In this document: in pieces, positions 9,520 through 19,722 of the stretch | Position numbering within the stretch: position 1 is the first letter of the stretch | Layout: each line of letters opens with the position of its first letter | From: Candidatus Latescibacterota bacterium | GTDB lineage: Bacteria > Latescibacterota > UBA2968 | Assembly (NCBI GenBank): GCA_965116885.1 | Contig: OZ220741.1 | Span: 1,408,001-1,472,000, forward strand | Direction of reading: 5' to 3' | DNA length: 64,000 nt | Program-made: the position numbers and the translations under genes | The notes under the pieces: model-generated | Database searches by the model: none | The model's input: only the letters and a program-made list of their open reading frames with translations | What the model was told of the DNA's origin: nothing

Positions 9520-10185
9520 TTAATTCTCCAATCTTCCAGCCCATTTGATACATCCCGTGATGTGCGCGTGGAACCAGTCTTCGTGCCATAGGGCATCGGG
9601 GTGTCCCAGGGCGGTGTACATGACGCGGCCTTTGCCGTATTCGTGGCACCAGCCCATGGCGTAGTCGTTATCTTCGCGGTTGCCTTTTTCCAGATCTACG
9701 GTATCGTTGTCGATCCGCATTAAGACATGGGTCTTGTTGCGGTCGTAATTTTTGAATGTGTAGATTTCATCTGTTACCCGAAAATAGTCGCCCAGCATTT
9801 TTGTCGCGGGGTGATTGGTGTCTTCGACAATGATCCCCACTTCCTGGTGCCAGGGGTGGCCGTTGAACCATCCGCCGAGCATTTCGCCGTATTCGGGCCA
9901 GTCATAGCAGGTGTCGGTTGCGTTGTGTATGCCAAGAAATGATTTGCCGTTGCGGACAAAGTCCAGGATCGCGGTTTTTTGTTCATCGGTAAAGGGCAGG
10001 TTGCCGGTTGTCGCAAATGCGAGGATGTCAAATTTTTCCAAATTCTCAGCGGAGATGCGGTCCAACCGATGCGTGGTTAAAACCCGCCATCCATTTTCTT
10101 TTCCGATGGCTTTCAGAGCTACTTCTGCGTCGGGCAAATAGCTGTGTTCAAATCCCGCTGAATGCCGCAGGAATAAGATGTTCAT
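9520..10185 (-). CDS. ThuA domain protein (class I GATase-like fold)
   Basis: SAGFEHS, GIHNATDT, GGWFNGHPW, DEIY, GRVMYTALGH. Confidence 0.88.
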   Translation of the reverse strand: MNILFLRHSAGFEHSYLPDAEVALKAIGKENGWRVLTTHRLDRISAENLEKFDILAFATTGNLPFTDEQKTAILDFVRNGKSFLGIHNATDTCYDWPEYGEMLGGWFNGHPWHQEVGIIVEDTNHPATKMLGDYFRVTDEIYTFKNYDRNKTHVLMRIDNDTVDLEKGNREDNDYAMGWCHEYGKGRVMYTALGHPDALWHEDWFHAHITGCIKWAGRLEN

Positions 10186-10200
10186 GTTTTTCCTTTCTGT

Positions 10201-10959
10201 TTAATAGAGACTCAACAGTCCCTCGGCGCCGGGGACCCGGCGTTTTTCGTATTCTTCAGATATCCACCGCGCATTTGACGGTAAGCCCGGATTGCGATAG
10301 GCATATACCACACACCACCGCGTATCACTGTGCGGCTGTCGCGGGTTTACGCCGTGAGCGGCAAATGTCCACATGGCGATTACGGTTCCAGATGGCATAG
10401 TGGGCGCGTGTATCTGGAGAGGTTCACCCGTCATGGGGTGGGTTTTTTCGCTGAGCCACTGTTCTTGTAATGCTTTGTCTGAGTCAATACGCCCGATTTT
10501 TTCGCGAAATAGGTGGCTGCCTGGTACGACTTTTAACCCGCCGTCGTCGGGTTCAAATCCGTTGACGTAAAAGAAGATGCGAACAAATCCCAGGCTGGGG
10601 TCTTCTTCTCCATATCCATGTGTGTGCCAGTTTATTCCGCGGTTGCCTCCGGGGCGGTTCAGGCTGACGCAGTGATCGTATCGAATATTTTCGCCCAGAA
10701 TATCTCGCGCCAGTCTGAGCATTTGGGGATGTCCGATCAGACTTTCGAGATACCAGTCAAATTCAGCGGCGAACCGATTGGGTTCATGGCCTTCTTTTGC
10801 CTGTGGTCTGAGTGATTCGATATAGGACAGGGATTCTGTCAACTTTTTCTGTGCGTCGTCTTTCAGCAGTCCCGGAAAGGCGATATGTCCGTCGTGGTCC
10901 ATTTCTCGGCGTTCGGATTCGCCGAATGTAAAGTCGTGAAAAATGGGTTTCCATTCCAT
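10201..10959 (-). CDS. Phytanoyl-CoA dioxygenase (PhyH)-like Fe(II)/2OG dioxygenase
   Basis: WHTH, GGLKVVPGSHL, AHG..R pattern. Confidence 0.75.
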   Translation of the reverse strand: MEWKPIFHDFTFGESERREMDHDGHIAFPGLLKDDAQKKLTESLSYIESLRPQAKEGHEPNRFAAEFDWYLESLIGHPQMLRLARDILGENIRYDHCVSLNRPGGNRGINWHTHGYGEEDPSLGFVRIFFYVNGFEPDDGGLKVVPGSHLFREKIGRIDSDKALQEQWLSEKTHPMTGEPLQIHAPTMPSGTVIAMWTFAAHGVNPRQPHSDTRWCVVYAYRNPGLPSNARWISEEYEKRRVPGAEGLLSLY

Positions 10960-10974
10960 AATCCGGTCCTCATA

Positions 10975-11820
10975 CTATGCTATGGCTTCTTCGCCCAGGT
11001 GTTCAGATAGCCATCCGCGCAAGGGTACGTCTTCGTCAGTTGGAGAGGTGAATCCATATCCGCCGGTTGGCGCGTTGCCAAATAGTTGTTTGCGGATGGG
11101 ATCCAATCGGTCCCACCAGTGATCCATTGTTACGTCATCGCGGGGACGGAACCAGCGATAGCTATATCCGTAAAAGAGTGCCCGACGCGCTTCTGTCCAG
11201 TAATTTGCGCTTACTGAGTGCCAGAGTCTGCGGTCAAAGAACACGGCTGTTCCCGGCTTGACCAGTACGGGTATTGCATCTTTGGGTTCAGATGTGCGGT
11301 CGCCATTGGGAAAGTCGTAGTCGTTGGTCAGGTGACTGCCCGGTATAATGTAAAAGTTGCCCCGGCCATTTTCGCTGCAGTCTGTTAAAAAGTAGGCTAC
11401 TTTGATTGAAATGCGGGGTCGGGGGTCTGTTTCTAATTCCTGATTGAGCAGGGCACTGTCCTGATGCCAGCGCAGATTCTTTCCACCCGTTCCGTTTGAT
11501 ACCGGGGGGGTGACGTTGAGGTGGGAGTGGTAGATTTGCAAGTTCCAGCTCAGAATATCCCACACTTTTGCAATGGTCCTGGGCCAATCTACCAGTTCGA
11601 CAAATTCCCAGTCGAGGCCGATAAAGTCTCTGACACTCAAGCGTCCGAGTTTATCTATGCCTTGTTTGGGACGCATTTCGGCATCTATGCGATCGATCAC
11701 GGCGCACAGACGCGCGACGTGGTCGGGGTCGAGAGCATTTTCGACAATCAGATACCCATCGCGGTCAAACTGCAATCGCTCTTCTTCTGTCAGGCTATGC
11801 GATAGACATGAAACATCCAT
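10975..11820 (-). CDS. PhyH family dioxygenase
   Basis: FDRDGYL, WHQD, IPGSHL, FDRRLWHS; start MDVSCL with AAGGAG SD. Confidence 0.88.
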   Translation of the reverse strand: MDVSCLSHSLTEEERLQFDRDGYLIVENALDPDHVARLCAVIDRIDAEMRPKQGIDKLGRLSVRDFIGLDWEFVELVDWPRTIAKVWDILSWNLQIYHSHLNVTPPVSNGTGGKNLRWHQDSALLNQELETDPRPRISIKVAYFLTDCSENGRGNFYIIPGSHLTNDYDFPNGDRTSEPKDAIPVLVKPGTAVFFDRRLWHSVSANYWTEARRALFYGYSYRWFRPRDDVTMDHWWDRLDPIRKQLFGNAPTGGYGFTSPTDEDVPLRGWLSEHLGEEAIA

Positions 11821-11842
11821 GGCTGTCTCCTTTCCGTTTGTT

Positions 11843-13234
11843 CTAAAATGCTTCCCAAAATTTTTTCCCCCATTCGCTTTTCGCATCGTCCCAGTCGTCG
11901 CGCCATTGAAACAGGGTTTCTCGCAGGTCAGCTACTTTGCCAGCGTGTGCTTTGTCGTCTGCGAGATTGTGCAGTTCCAGTGGGTCGTTTTTTAGGTCGA
12001 ATAGCTGCGTTGTGCGATGTCCATTTACGGCGTATTCGATGAGCTTAAATCGATTGTCTTTTACCATGCGCTGCCACTCGCGATATGCAGAGAATAGGGT
12101 GTCGCGCACCTGTTCTTCGCCATTGTTGAGTGCGGATACCAGACTGGTGCCTTCCACGGAGTCCGGTGTGCTGGTGTCGATTAAGTCGCACAGGGTTGGG
12201 AATATATCGTGTAAATACACATAGGCGGATCGTTTTTCACCCGCGGGTACGCCCGGCCCAGAAAATATCAGGGGTACGCGTACGCTGTGTTCGTACATGT
12301 TCTGTTTGCCGAAAAGTCCGTGTTGTCCCACGGCGAGACCATTGTCCCCGGCAAAGACGACGATGGTGTTATCCGCCATTCCGCACGCGCTTATTGTGTC
12401 GAGTACGCGCCCCATTTGCGCGTCTAAATGGGTGATCATGGCGTAGTATTCGGCGATGTGTTGCCGCACTTTGTAGGGGTCGCGGGGAAAATCTTCGAGG
12501 ACTTCATCGCGGACTTTCAGGTCGCCATTGTCAAATGGATGTCCGCCCATAAAGTTCTCGGGAAGTGGGATGTCTTCGGGGTCGTACATATCGAGATATT
12601 TTTGTGGCATTGTGCGCGGGTCGTGAGGCGCCATGAATGAGATGTACATAAAGAATGGGTTGTCGGAGTCGTATTTTTCCAGCCAGTCAATTGCGCCTTC
12701 GGCAAATAATTCGCTGGAGTGTTTGCCCGCGGTTACGTGGTCGCCTTTTCGGATTTTTAAGGCGTTTGATTGGTTGGGGGTCGGGCACTGCAGGAGTACG
12801 GAGTCGTATTTGCCGGTGGGGTCATGATTAAATGCGGGCACATTCCAGTGGTCGTCCATGCCGCCGAAAAAGATCTCTGCGCCGTCTGAAAAGCTGCGTG
12901 CAAAAGACGCGGGGCCATTGTGCCATTTGCCCGTACCCCATGTGCGGTAGCCGTTATCTTGCAGATGTTCGCCCAGCATTACGTGGTCGTTGGGAATGCC
13001 CTGGCCCGCGCCGTCGAGGTGGAAGAGTGTGCGTCCCGTGTGCAACATGGCGCGACTGGGCATGCATATTGCGCCCGATGTTCCGCCGGGTATGTGCGCG
13101 TGTGTAAATGTCGTGCCTTCTGCCACGAGGCGATCCAGTACGGGTGTTTGCACATCTGTATTGCCCAGCGCGCGAATGGTGTCAAATCGCTGGTCGTCGG
13201 TGAAAAAGAAGAGGATGTTGGGTTTTTTGCTCAT
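11843..13234 (-). CDS. Cys-type (formylglycine) sulfatase
   Basis: PNILFFFTDDQR, CMPSRAMLHTG (CxPSR), GKWH, GDNG, GKQNMYE. Confidence 0.95.
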   Translation of the reverse strand: MSKKPNILFFFTDDQRFDTIRALGNTDVQTPVLDRLVAEGTTFTHAHIPGGTSGAICMPSRAMLHTGRTLFHLDGAGQGIPNDHVMLGEHLQDNGYRTWGTGKWHNGPASFARSFSDGAEIFFGGMDDHWNVPAFNHDPTGKYDSVLLQCPTPNQSNALKIRKGDHVTAGKHSSELFAEGAIDWLEKYDSDNPFFMYISFMAPHDPRTMPQKYLDMYDPEDIPLPENFMGGHPFDNGDLKVRDEVLEDFPRDPYKVRQHIAEYYAMITHLDAQMGRVLDTISACGMADNTIVVFAGDNGLAVGQHGLFGKQNMYEHSVRVPLIFSGPGVPAGEKRSAYVYLHDIFPTLCDLIDTSTPDSVEGTSLVSALNNGEEQVRDTLFSAYREWQRMVKDNRFKLIEYAVNGHRTTQLFDLKNDPLELHNLADDKAHAGKVADLRETLFQWRDDWDDAKSEWGKKFWEAF

Positions 13235-13408
13235 ATTTTTCTCCTTAAAAGGCGGTGAGAGGGTTCCAAACGATCAATAAACTTTGCTCTTGCTGTAAAG
13301 TCAAGCCCGTAAAGAACTACTCTATAGCAGGTGTTCCTTTCTGCTTTCTATCCGTTTCATCCAATGCTATATTGGGACAAATAACGACCCCTTTTCAGGA
13401 GTGTGGCC

Positions 13409-14512
13409 ATGAAAACGGTTTTTTGTGCATTTATTATTTCGTGTATCACATTAACGGGCAGTTTGTTTGCCCAACAATTCAACAGAAAGGAACCGAGTAT
13501 GAAGTATCACATGTACGTCGCTGTATCTAAAGACAAGAAGCTCTTGCGCTATGATATGGACCCCGATACCGGCGACCTCACGCTTATTGAAGAACTTCCC
13601 GCCAAAGGCGGTATTGGTCCGCTTTGTACCGATCCGCAACAAAAATATCTCTACGCGGCTTTGCGCCAGTCCAAAGAGATCGTTACTTACAAAATTGATT
13701 CCGAAACGGGCGCGCTTGAGCATGTTGCCACTGCGCCTTTTGATGGTGGCTCTTGTTATATCAGTACGGATAAAACCGGGCGGTATCTTTTTTCTGCGTA
13801 TTACGGCGAGGGCGCGGTCGCTATCAATGCGATTGACAAAGATGGGGCTGTGCTTGCGCCACATCGCCAGTGGATTCCCACGGATGAACACGCGCATTGT
13901 TTTTTCCCCGATCCCTCCAATCGTTTTTTGTTTGTGCCGCATACGATGCCGGTCAATGCTATTTATCAATTCACTTTTGATGAAACCACAGGTGAGTTGG
14001 CGCCTAATGAGGTAGTGAAAGTCGATGCGGTTTATGGCGAGGGTCCGCGGCATTACGAGTTTCACCTGGCTTTAGATGTGGTTTATGTTGCGAATGAAAA
14101 TGGGTCCAGTGTTACGGTGTATGATTTTAACCCGGATAACGGAACGCTTGCACCCCGCCAAACTCTTTCAACGCTGCCAGAGGGGTTTACAGAGCGCAAT
14201 ACCTGTGCCCAAATCCACATACATCCTTCGGGCAAGTTTCTGTATATATCCAATCGCGGGCACAATAGTATCGCGGGCTTCGCTGTGCAGGATGATGGTT
14301 CTCTCACGTCACTGGGGCAAACGCCTACAGAACCCATCCCCCGTCCATTCAATCTCGATCCCGAAGGCAATTTCCTCTTCGCAGCGGGTCAACAGTCAGA
14401 CAAGATGGCCGGGTATCGCATCGATACGGAGACGGGCGGTCTCACGCCGCTCAAGGTTTATGATGTGGGCGAACAGCCGATGTGGATTATGATTCTCAAA
14501 TTGGGGAAATAA
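13409..14512 (+). CDS. Lactonase family (6-phosphogluconolactonase-like beta-propeller)
   Basis: HAHC, GPRH, CAQIH, SNRGHNSIA, PRPF motifs; alternative start 13499. Confidence 0.9.
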   Translation: MKTVFCAFIISCITLTGSLFAQQFNRKEPSMKYHMYVAVSKDKKLLRYDMDPDTGDLTLIEELPAKGGIGPLCTDPQQKYLYAALRQSKEIVTYKIDSETGALEHVATAPFDGGSCYISTDKTGRYLFSAYYGEGAVAINAIDKDGAVLAPHRQWIPTDEHAHCFFPDPSNRFLFVPHTMPVNAIYQFTFDETTGELAPNEVVKVDAVYGEGPRHYEFHLALDVVYVANENGSSVTVYDFNPDNGTLAPRQTLSTLPEGFTERNTCAQIHIHPSGKFLYISNRGHNSIAGFAVQDDGSLTSLGQTPTEPIPRPFNLDPEGNFLFAAGQQSDKMAGYRIDTETGGLTPLKVYDVGEQPMWIMILKLGK

Positions 14513-14530
14513 AAGGGGCGAGAAGCGAGC

Positions 14531-14587
14531 GGGACAGCACAGGGCCGTCCCCTACGGTGGTGTTAGGGCGCCCCCCTGTGGTTGCCC
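14531..14587. repeat. REPIN-like doublet
   Basis: GGGACAGCACAGGGCCGTCCCCTAC followed by an inverted TAGGGCGCCCCCCTGTGGTTGCCC unit. Confidence 0.65.
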
Positions 14588-14600
14588 GGTTGAGGCTGTT

Positions 14601-15983
14601 ATGGAATCGAAATCCTTCGACAAAATTCTCATTGTTGACGATGACCGCGATGTTCTGGTGGCGGCGCAACTCTTGCTTAAGCAGTATGCCGAACGCGTTG
14701 ATACCGAAGCCAATCCCAATCGCATTCCCGGTTTGTTGCAAACTGATACTTATGATGTGATTTTGCTCGATATGAATTTTGAACAGGACGCCACGTCGGG
14801 CAAAGAGGGGTTTCACTGGCTGAGTCGCATTCTGGAGATTGATTCTTCGGCGGTGGTGATTCTCATTACGGCTTATGGTGGCGTTGAGACTGCTGTGCAA
14901 GCTATCAAAGAGGGTGCGACGGATTTTGTGCTCAAGCCGTGGCAAAATGAAAAGTTGCTCGCGACCCTTTCTTCTGCTGTGCGGTTGCGACGGTCGCGGC
15001 TCGAGGTCAATCAGTTGCGCGCCGAACAAGAACAGCTTCGCGCCGATCTCGACGGTCAATTTCCCGATATGGTGGGTACATCGCGTGCCATGAGCGAGGT
15101 CTTTGATACCATTCAAAAAGTGGGTGCTACCGATGCTAATGTGCTCATTTTGGGCGAGAATGGAACGGGGAAAGATGCTGTTGCCCGCGCCCTGCACCGT
15201 CGATCCCGGCGTGCTGCAGAGGCGTTTATCCGCGTTGACCTCGGTGCTGTTTCAGAAAGCCTTTTTGAAAGCGAACTCTTTGGGCACAAAAAAGGTGCTT
15301 TTACAGATGCGAGAGAAGACCGCGCAGGGCGTTTTGAGATCGCGTCGGGAGGCACACTTTTTTTAGATGAAATTGGCAATCTCTCACTGCCGCTTCAGGC
15401 AAAGCTGCTCACAGCACTTGAAAATCGCACGGTGATTCGCCTGGGTACCAACCGACCGATCGATATTGATGTGCGTTTGATCTGCGCGACCAATATGCCC
15501 ATTCACGATATGGTGGCCCGCAATGATTTTCGGCAGGATCTTCTGTATCGCATCAATACTGTTGAACTCCATCTGCCGCCTCTGCGCGATCGCCTTGACG
15601 ATATTCCCCTGCTGGTTGAGGTGTTTCTCGAGACGTACGGTCAGAAGTACAATAAACCGGGTATTGCCATTCAGTCAGCAGCACTTGAGCATCTGAAAAA
15701 TTACACATGGCCGGGTAATATCCGCGAGTTGCAGCACGCGATTGAACGGGCTGTGATTATGAATGAAAATGGTATTCTTAAACCGCTGGACTTTCCGCTC
15801 AGCGTTTCCGAACCCGCCGCAGGTGACGATATTCATTTTGACGACTTCAATCTCGAATACGTGGAGAAAACCGTTATTCGCAAAGCGATTGAAAAACACC
15901 GCGGCAATATCAGTCACGCAGCGCGTGAACTCGGTCTTACGCGTAGCGCGCTTTATCGCAGGCTCGAAAAGCATGGCTTATAA
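14601..15983 (+). CDS. Sigma54-dependent response regulator (NtrC family)
   Basis: REC domain; GENGTGK, ESELFGH..GAFTDA, LFLDEIG, WPGNIREL; Fis-type HTH. Confidence 0.95.
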   Translation: MESKSFDKILIVDDDRDVLVAAQLLLKQYAERVDTEANPNRIPGLLQTDTYDVILLDMNFEQDATSGKEGFHWLSRILEIDSSAVVILITAYGGVETAVQAIKEGATDFVLKPWQNEKLLATLSSAVRLRRSRLEVNQLRAEQEQLRADLDGQFPDMVGTSRAMSEVFDTIQKVGATDANVLILGENGTGKDAVARALHRRSRRAAEAFIRVDLGAVSESLFESELFGHKKGAFTDAREDRAGRFEIASGGTLFLDEIGNLSLPLQAKLLTALENRTVIRLGTNRPIDIDVRLICATNMPIHDMVARNDFRQDLLYRINTVELHLPPLRDRLDDIPLLVEVFLETYGQKYNKPGIAIQSAALEHLKNYTWPGNIRELQHAIERAVIMNENGILKPLDFPLSVSEPAAGDDIHFDDFNLEYVEKTVIRKAIEKHRGNISHAARELGLTRSALYRRLEKHGL

Positions 15984-17316
15984 ACACTTTCGCCTGATAT
16001 GTATTTTGCGCGTGGCCCTTCTGTGCGTTACCACCTGTCTTTTCTTTTATTGTCTTTTTTTTAGTACATACTACGCCACGCTTGCTATTATTGGTGCGTG
16101 TGTGCTCTATCAGACCTGGGCACTTATACAATATGTGGAGCGCACGCAGCGCGATCTCACGCGATTTTTGCAGGCGATTCGCTATGAGGATTTTACCCAA
16201 TCTTTTACGGGTGCCGGGTTGGGGTCGGCGTATAACAATCTCAAGGATGCGTTTAACGAGGTGCTCGAGGCTTTTCGCAAGACGCGCGCAGAGAGAGAAG
16301 AGAATTTTCAGTATCTCCAGACCGTTGTCCAGCATGTGGGCATTGGTCTGATTTGCTATACGCCCGATGGTCGTATTGAATTGATGAATACGGCGGCGCA
16401 GCGTTTGCTTCGCAAGCCCCATATGCGCGATGTGCGCGAATTGGAGACGGTTAGTAAGGCGTTTTCAGAGGCGCTGCTCAAACTCCGTTCGGGCGATAAG
16501 ACGTTGGTCAAAATTCAGGACGAGGACGAATTGCTCCAGATTATCGTCTATGCGACCGAACTGCGGATGCGGGGCGAGTCTTTTATTCTGGCGTCTATTC
16601 AGAATATCCAGAGCGAACTTGAAGAGCAGGAGATGGAGGCATGGCAAAAGCTGATTCGGGTGTTGACCCACGAGATCATGAATTCTATCACGCCCATTTC
16701 TTCTCTGGCTTCCACAGTGCGCGATCTTTTGCCAGATTCTGAGCGGGCTTCCTCGCTTGATCCCGATACGCTGCCCGATGTTCACACGGCTCTGGAAACG
16801 ATTCAGTCGCGCAGCGAAGGGCTGCTCCATTTTGTCGAGGCGTATCGCCAGCTTACGAATATATCGCGTCCCGATTTTCAAATTTTTCAGGTTTCTGAGC
16901 TTTTTGCTCGCGTTGTGTTTCTGATGCAGGGTGAGTGCGATAAGAGTGGCATTGCTCTTCATACGGCGATTGATCCCAAGACGCTTGAGCTTACCGCCGA
17001 TCCCGATCTCATCGAGCAGGTGTTGATCAATTTGATGCGAAATGCCGTGCAAGCTCTTGCAGGTCGTTCCAATGCCCGCATGGATCTCTCGGCACAACTC
17101 GATGGACGAGGCCGGGTTGTCATCCGCGTGCAGGACAATGGGCCAGGTATTTTGGAAGATGTGCAGGAGCGGATTTTTATTCCGTTTTTTACGACCAAAC
17201 GCGATGGGTCGGGTATTGGTCTCGCGCTTTCCAGACAGATCATGCGCGTTCATCGCGGTACGATAAGTGTTCAGTCCAAGCCGGAAGAAGAGACTGTTTT
17301 TACACTGAGGTTTTGA
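15973..17316 (+). CDS. Membrane sensor histidine kinase (NtrY-like, PAS)
   Basis: Two N-terminal TM helices, HEIMNS H-box, NLMRNA, DNGPG, FFTTK, GSGIGL; start MAYKHF overlaps regulator stop. Confidence 0.92.
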   Translation: MAYKHFRLICILRVALLCVTTCLFFYCLFFSTYYATLAIIGACVLYQTWALIQYVERTQRDLTRFLQAIRYEDFTQSFTGAGLGSAYNNLKDAFNEVLEAFRKTRAEREENFQYLQTVVQHVGIGLICYTPDGRIELMNTAAQRLLRKPHMRDVRELETVSKAFSEALLKLRSGDKTLVKIQDEDELLQIIVYATELRMRGESFILASIQNIQSELEEQEMEAWQKLIRVLTHEIMNSITPISSLASTVRDLLPDSERASSLDPDTLPDVHTALETIQSRSEGLLHFVEAYRQLTNISRPDFQIFQVSELFARVVFLMQGECDKSGIALHTAIDPKTLELTADPDLIEQVLINLMRNAVQALAGRSNARMDLSAQLDGRGRVVIRVQDNGPGILEDVQERIFIPFFTTKRDGSGIGLALSRQIMRVHRGTISVQSKPEEETVFTLRF

Positions 17317-17321
17317 TTTTT

Positions 17322-19694
17322 ATGATCATTCACGCTCAACCGCGCATTGCGCCGTCTCCGATTGATAATAAGCGCGTTGACCGCAATCCCCCGCCTTTGC
17401 TCTGGCCCGCTGAGAGGGGCGAGGATGTGCGATACGCGGTTCGTTTGTCTCGAGATTCCGGTTTCCCAGAATGCAGTACTATCGCAGAAGAGGGTTTTCC
17501 CTGGGCGATGTTCAATCCGCATCGAGAACTTGCGCCTGGGGTATGGTTTTGGCAATACGGTACGTCAGTAGATGGTGGTCCCTATCGCTGGTCTGATAGG
17601 TATGATTTTGAGATTGCTGGTTCGGTGCGGTGCATGGAGACGCCGTCAGCTACGGATGTGATCGCGGCTTGTCCGAAGGCGCATCCCCGCCTCTGGACAT
17701 TGCCAGGTGGAGTGGGAGACTTCAATGGTCATAGCAAGCGGTTCACGTCGCGTGCGGATCAGTTTCTCGATGCGCCGCTGAAAGACGACGCGATGCCGCC
17801 GGATAAAGGGGAAGACGCGTATCAGGTTTTCAAGTTTCACAGGTGGGGTAGTAAAGCGCTTGCGGGTAGCATGGCTTCGGCGGTGCAGTGGCTTATTCCG
17901 GCTTATTTGCTTTCGGGTGAGGAGTGTTATGCCCGAGAGGCGATACGCCGCGGGCTTCATGTTGCGAGTTGGGATGCAGATGGGTACACCAATCCCGTTA
18001 TTAGCGATTTTGCCGATGGGTCTTGTATGCGGGTTATGGCGGGTGTTTACGATTCTTGTTTTGATCTGCTTACGGAATCCCAGCGAGAATGTCTTCGCGC
18101 GGCAATGGTTGTGCGGGCAGAGCGATTTTTTGGGGAGGAGACGAATAAGATCGAGACGCTGGTTTTTCGCAGCCATTTCTGGCAACATCTGCTTATCGAA
18201 TTTTCCGAGGTTGCTTTTGCGCTTTTGCACGCGTATCCCGATGCGGCACAATGGGTGCGCTTTGTGTACGAGCTGTGGATTGCCCGCTTTCCCCTTATGG
18301 GAGGTGCAGATGGAGGCTGGGCAAATGGCAATTCTTATTTTGGGACGAATGTCGAAACGCTGCTGGTTCTCCCTTCGCGTATTGGAGAACTCAGCGGTGT
18401 GGATCTTTTTCAGGATGCATGGTATAAAAATAGTGCCAGTTTTTTGCTCTATACATGGCCGCCCCATTCGCGGTCGGATGGCTTTGGCGATGGTACGGAA
18501 CTCAAGGCGCGTCCGACGGGTAATCATCTCGATTTTGTAGAGGATATGGCTGTCCGGTTTGACGATCCACATGCTGCGTGGTATGTGGAGCAGTGGCGGG
18601 AAGAGGCAGAAGAGGAGAGCGATCCGTTGCTTATCTGGCATAAGCTCAAAGATCAAAAGGCAAGACCGCGCCCGCGTTCGCCCAGATCATTGCCGCAGGG
18701 CAGGTGTTTTGCCGATGTTGGTATTGTGTCGCTGCATACGGATCTCGCAAATACCCGACGAGATCTCATGGTGGGTATGCGGTCCAGTCCCTATGGCTCG
18801 CTTCTCCATTCTCACGAGTGTCAGAATGGGTTCAATATTTTTTATGGGGGGGAGCCTCTTTTCAGGAATTCGGGGTATTATACGTCTGCGGGTGACGATC
18901 ATTCAAAGCAATGGTACAGAGCTACGCGGGGACACAATTCGGTTCTCATAGATGGCAAGGGCCAGCCCCGGGGTGCTGAGAGCTATGGTGTAATCGCCCG
19001 GTTTCTCGATGGCAAACACATGGCTTACGCGCTCGGCGATGCGTCCCATGCGTATGGGGATGCGGGTCTCAGGCGTTTTCGCCGGCATCTGGTGCTTTTG
19101 AGGCCGGATGTTCTGGTGGTTTACGACGATCTGGAAGCCGATCACGACGCTTGCTGGCAATGGCTTGTACACGGGGATCGGGAAATTACTGCTGATGTTT
19201 GCCATCAGCGGTTACATACTCAAACCCGTACTGCGCGCGGTCAGGTGAATATTTTTGGGTCTCAAAAATCGCATATTGATATCGATACGGTTTTTGATCC
19301 GCCCGCGGTCAACTGGGGGGGTAATAAGACTTTTCTGGGGGAAAATATGGCGGTTTTTCCCGATCAGTGGCACGTTACAGTCTCGCCCGAGAGGGCGTGC
19401 AATATTATGCGTTTTCTCGCTGTTTTTCAGGTGCGTGACCGGGAAGATGACGCGCGGTTTCAAGACCCTGTTCAGAGAGATGGGTGGATTTGTTTGGGCG
19501 ATTGGATTATTCGGGGGGAGTTAAATCCCGATCGTGGTCCCGCGCTTGAGATTCGCCACGAGGATAAGGATATTGCCCTTGGTGTGGATGTCACGGTAGA
19601 TCGAAAACAGCAGAGCGCGTCCGATGCGACGGTGCTTGTTGAACCATCAGGTGTTCAGAGGGCGACGGATACGTTGCCCCAGGCGGCGAGGTGA
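17322..19694 (+). CDS. DUF4962 + heparinase II/III-like polysaccharide lyase
   Basis: HPRL, SHFWQ, DGGWANG.SY, SSPYGS..HSH..QN.F, TRGHNSVLIDGKGQ. Confidence 0.82.
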   Translation: MIIHAQPRIAPSPIDNKRVDRNPPPLLWPAERGEDVRYAVRLSRDSGFPECSTIAEEGFPWAMFNPHRELAPGVWFWQYGTSVDGGPYRWSDRYDFEIAGSVRCMETPSATDVIAACPKAHPRLWTLPGGVGDFNGHSKRFTSRADQFLDAPLKDDAMPPDKGEDAYQVFKFHRWGSKALAGSMASAVQWLIPAYLLSGEECYAREAIRRGLHVASWDADGYTNPVISDFADGSCMRVMAGVYDSCFDLLTESQRECLRAAMVVRAERFFGEETNKIETLVFRSHFWQHLLIEFSEVAFALLHAYPDAAQWVRFVYELWIARFPLMGGADGGWANGNSYFGTNVETLLVLPSRIGELSGVDLFQDAWYKNSASFLLYTWPPHSRSDGFGDGTELKARPTGNHLDFVEDMAVRFDDPHAAWYVEQWREEAEEESDPLLIWHKLKDQKARPRPRSPRSLPQGRCFADVGIVSLHTDLANTRRDLMVGMRSSPYGSLLHSHECQNGFNIFYGGEPLFRNSGYYTSAGDDHSKQWYRATRGHNSVLIDGKGQPRGAESYGVIARFLDGKHMAYALGDASHAYGDAGLRRFRRHLVLLRPDVLVVYDDLEADHDACWQWLVHGDREITADVCHQRLHTQTRTARGQVNIFGSQKSHIDIDTVFDPPAVNWGGNKTFLGENMAVFPDQWHVTVSPERACNIMRFLAVFQVRDREDDARFQDPVQRDGWICLGDWIIRGELNPDRGPALEIRHEDKDIALGVDVTVDRKQQSASDATVLVEPSGVQRATDTLPQAAR

Positions 19695-19722
19695 ACCACA
19701 GGAGAAGAATGTGGGAGTAATC

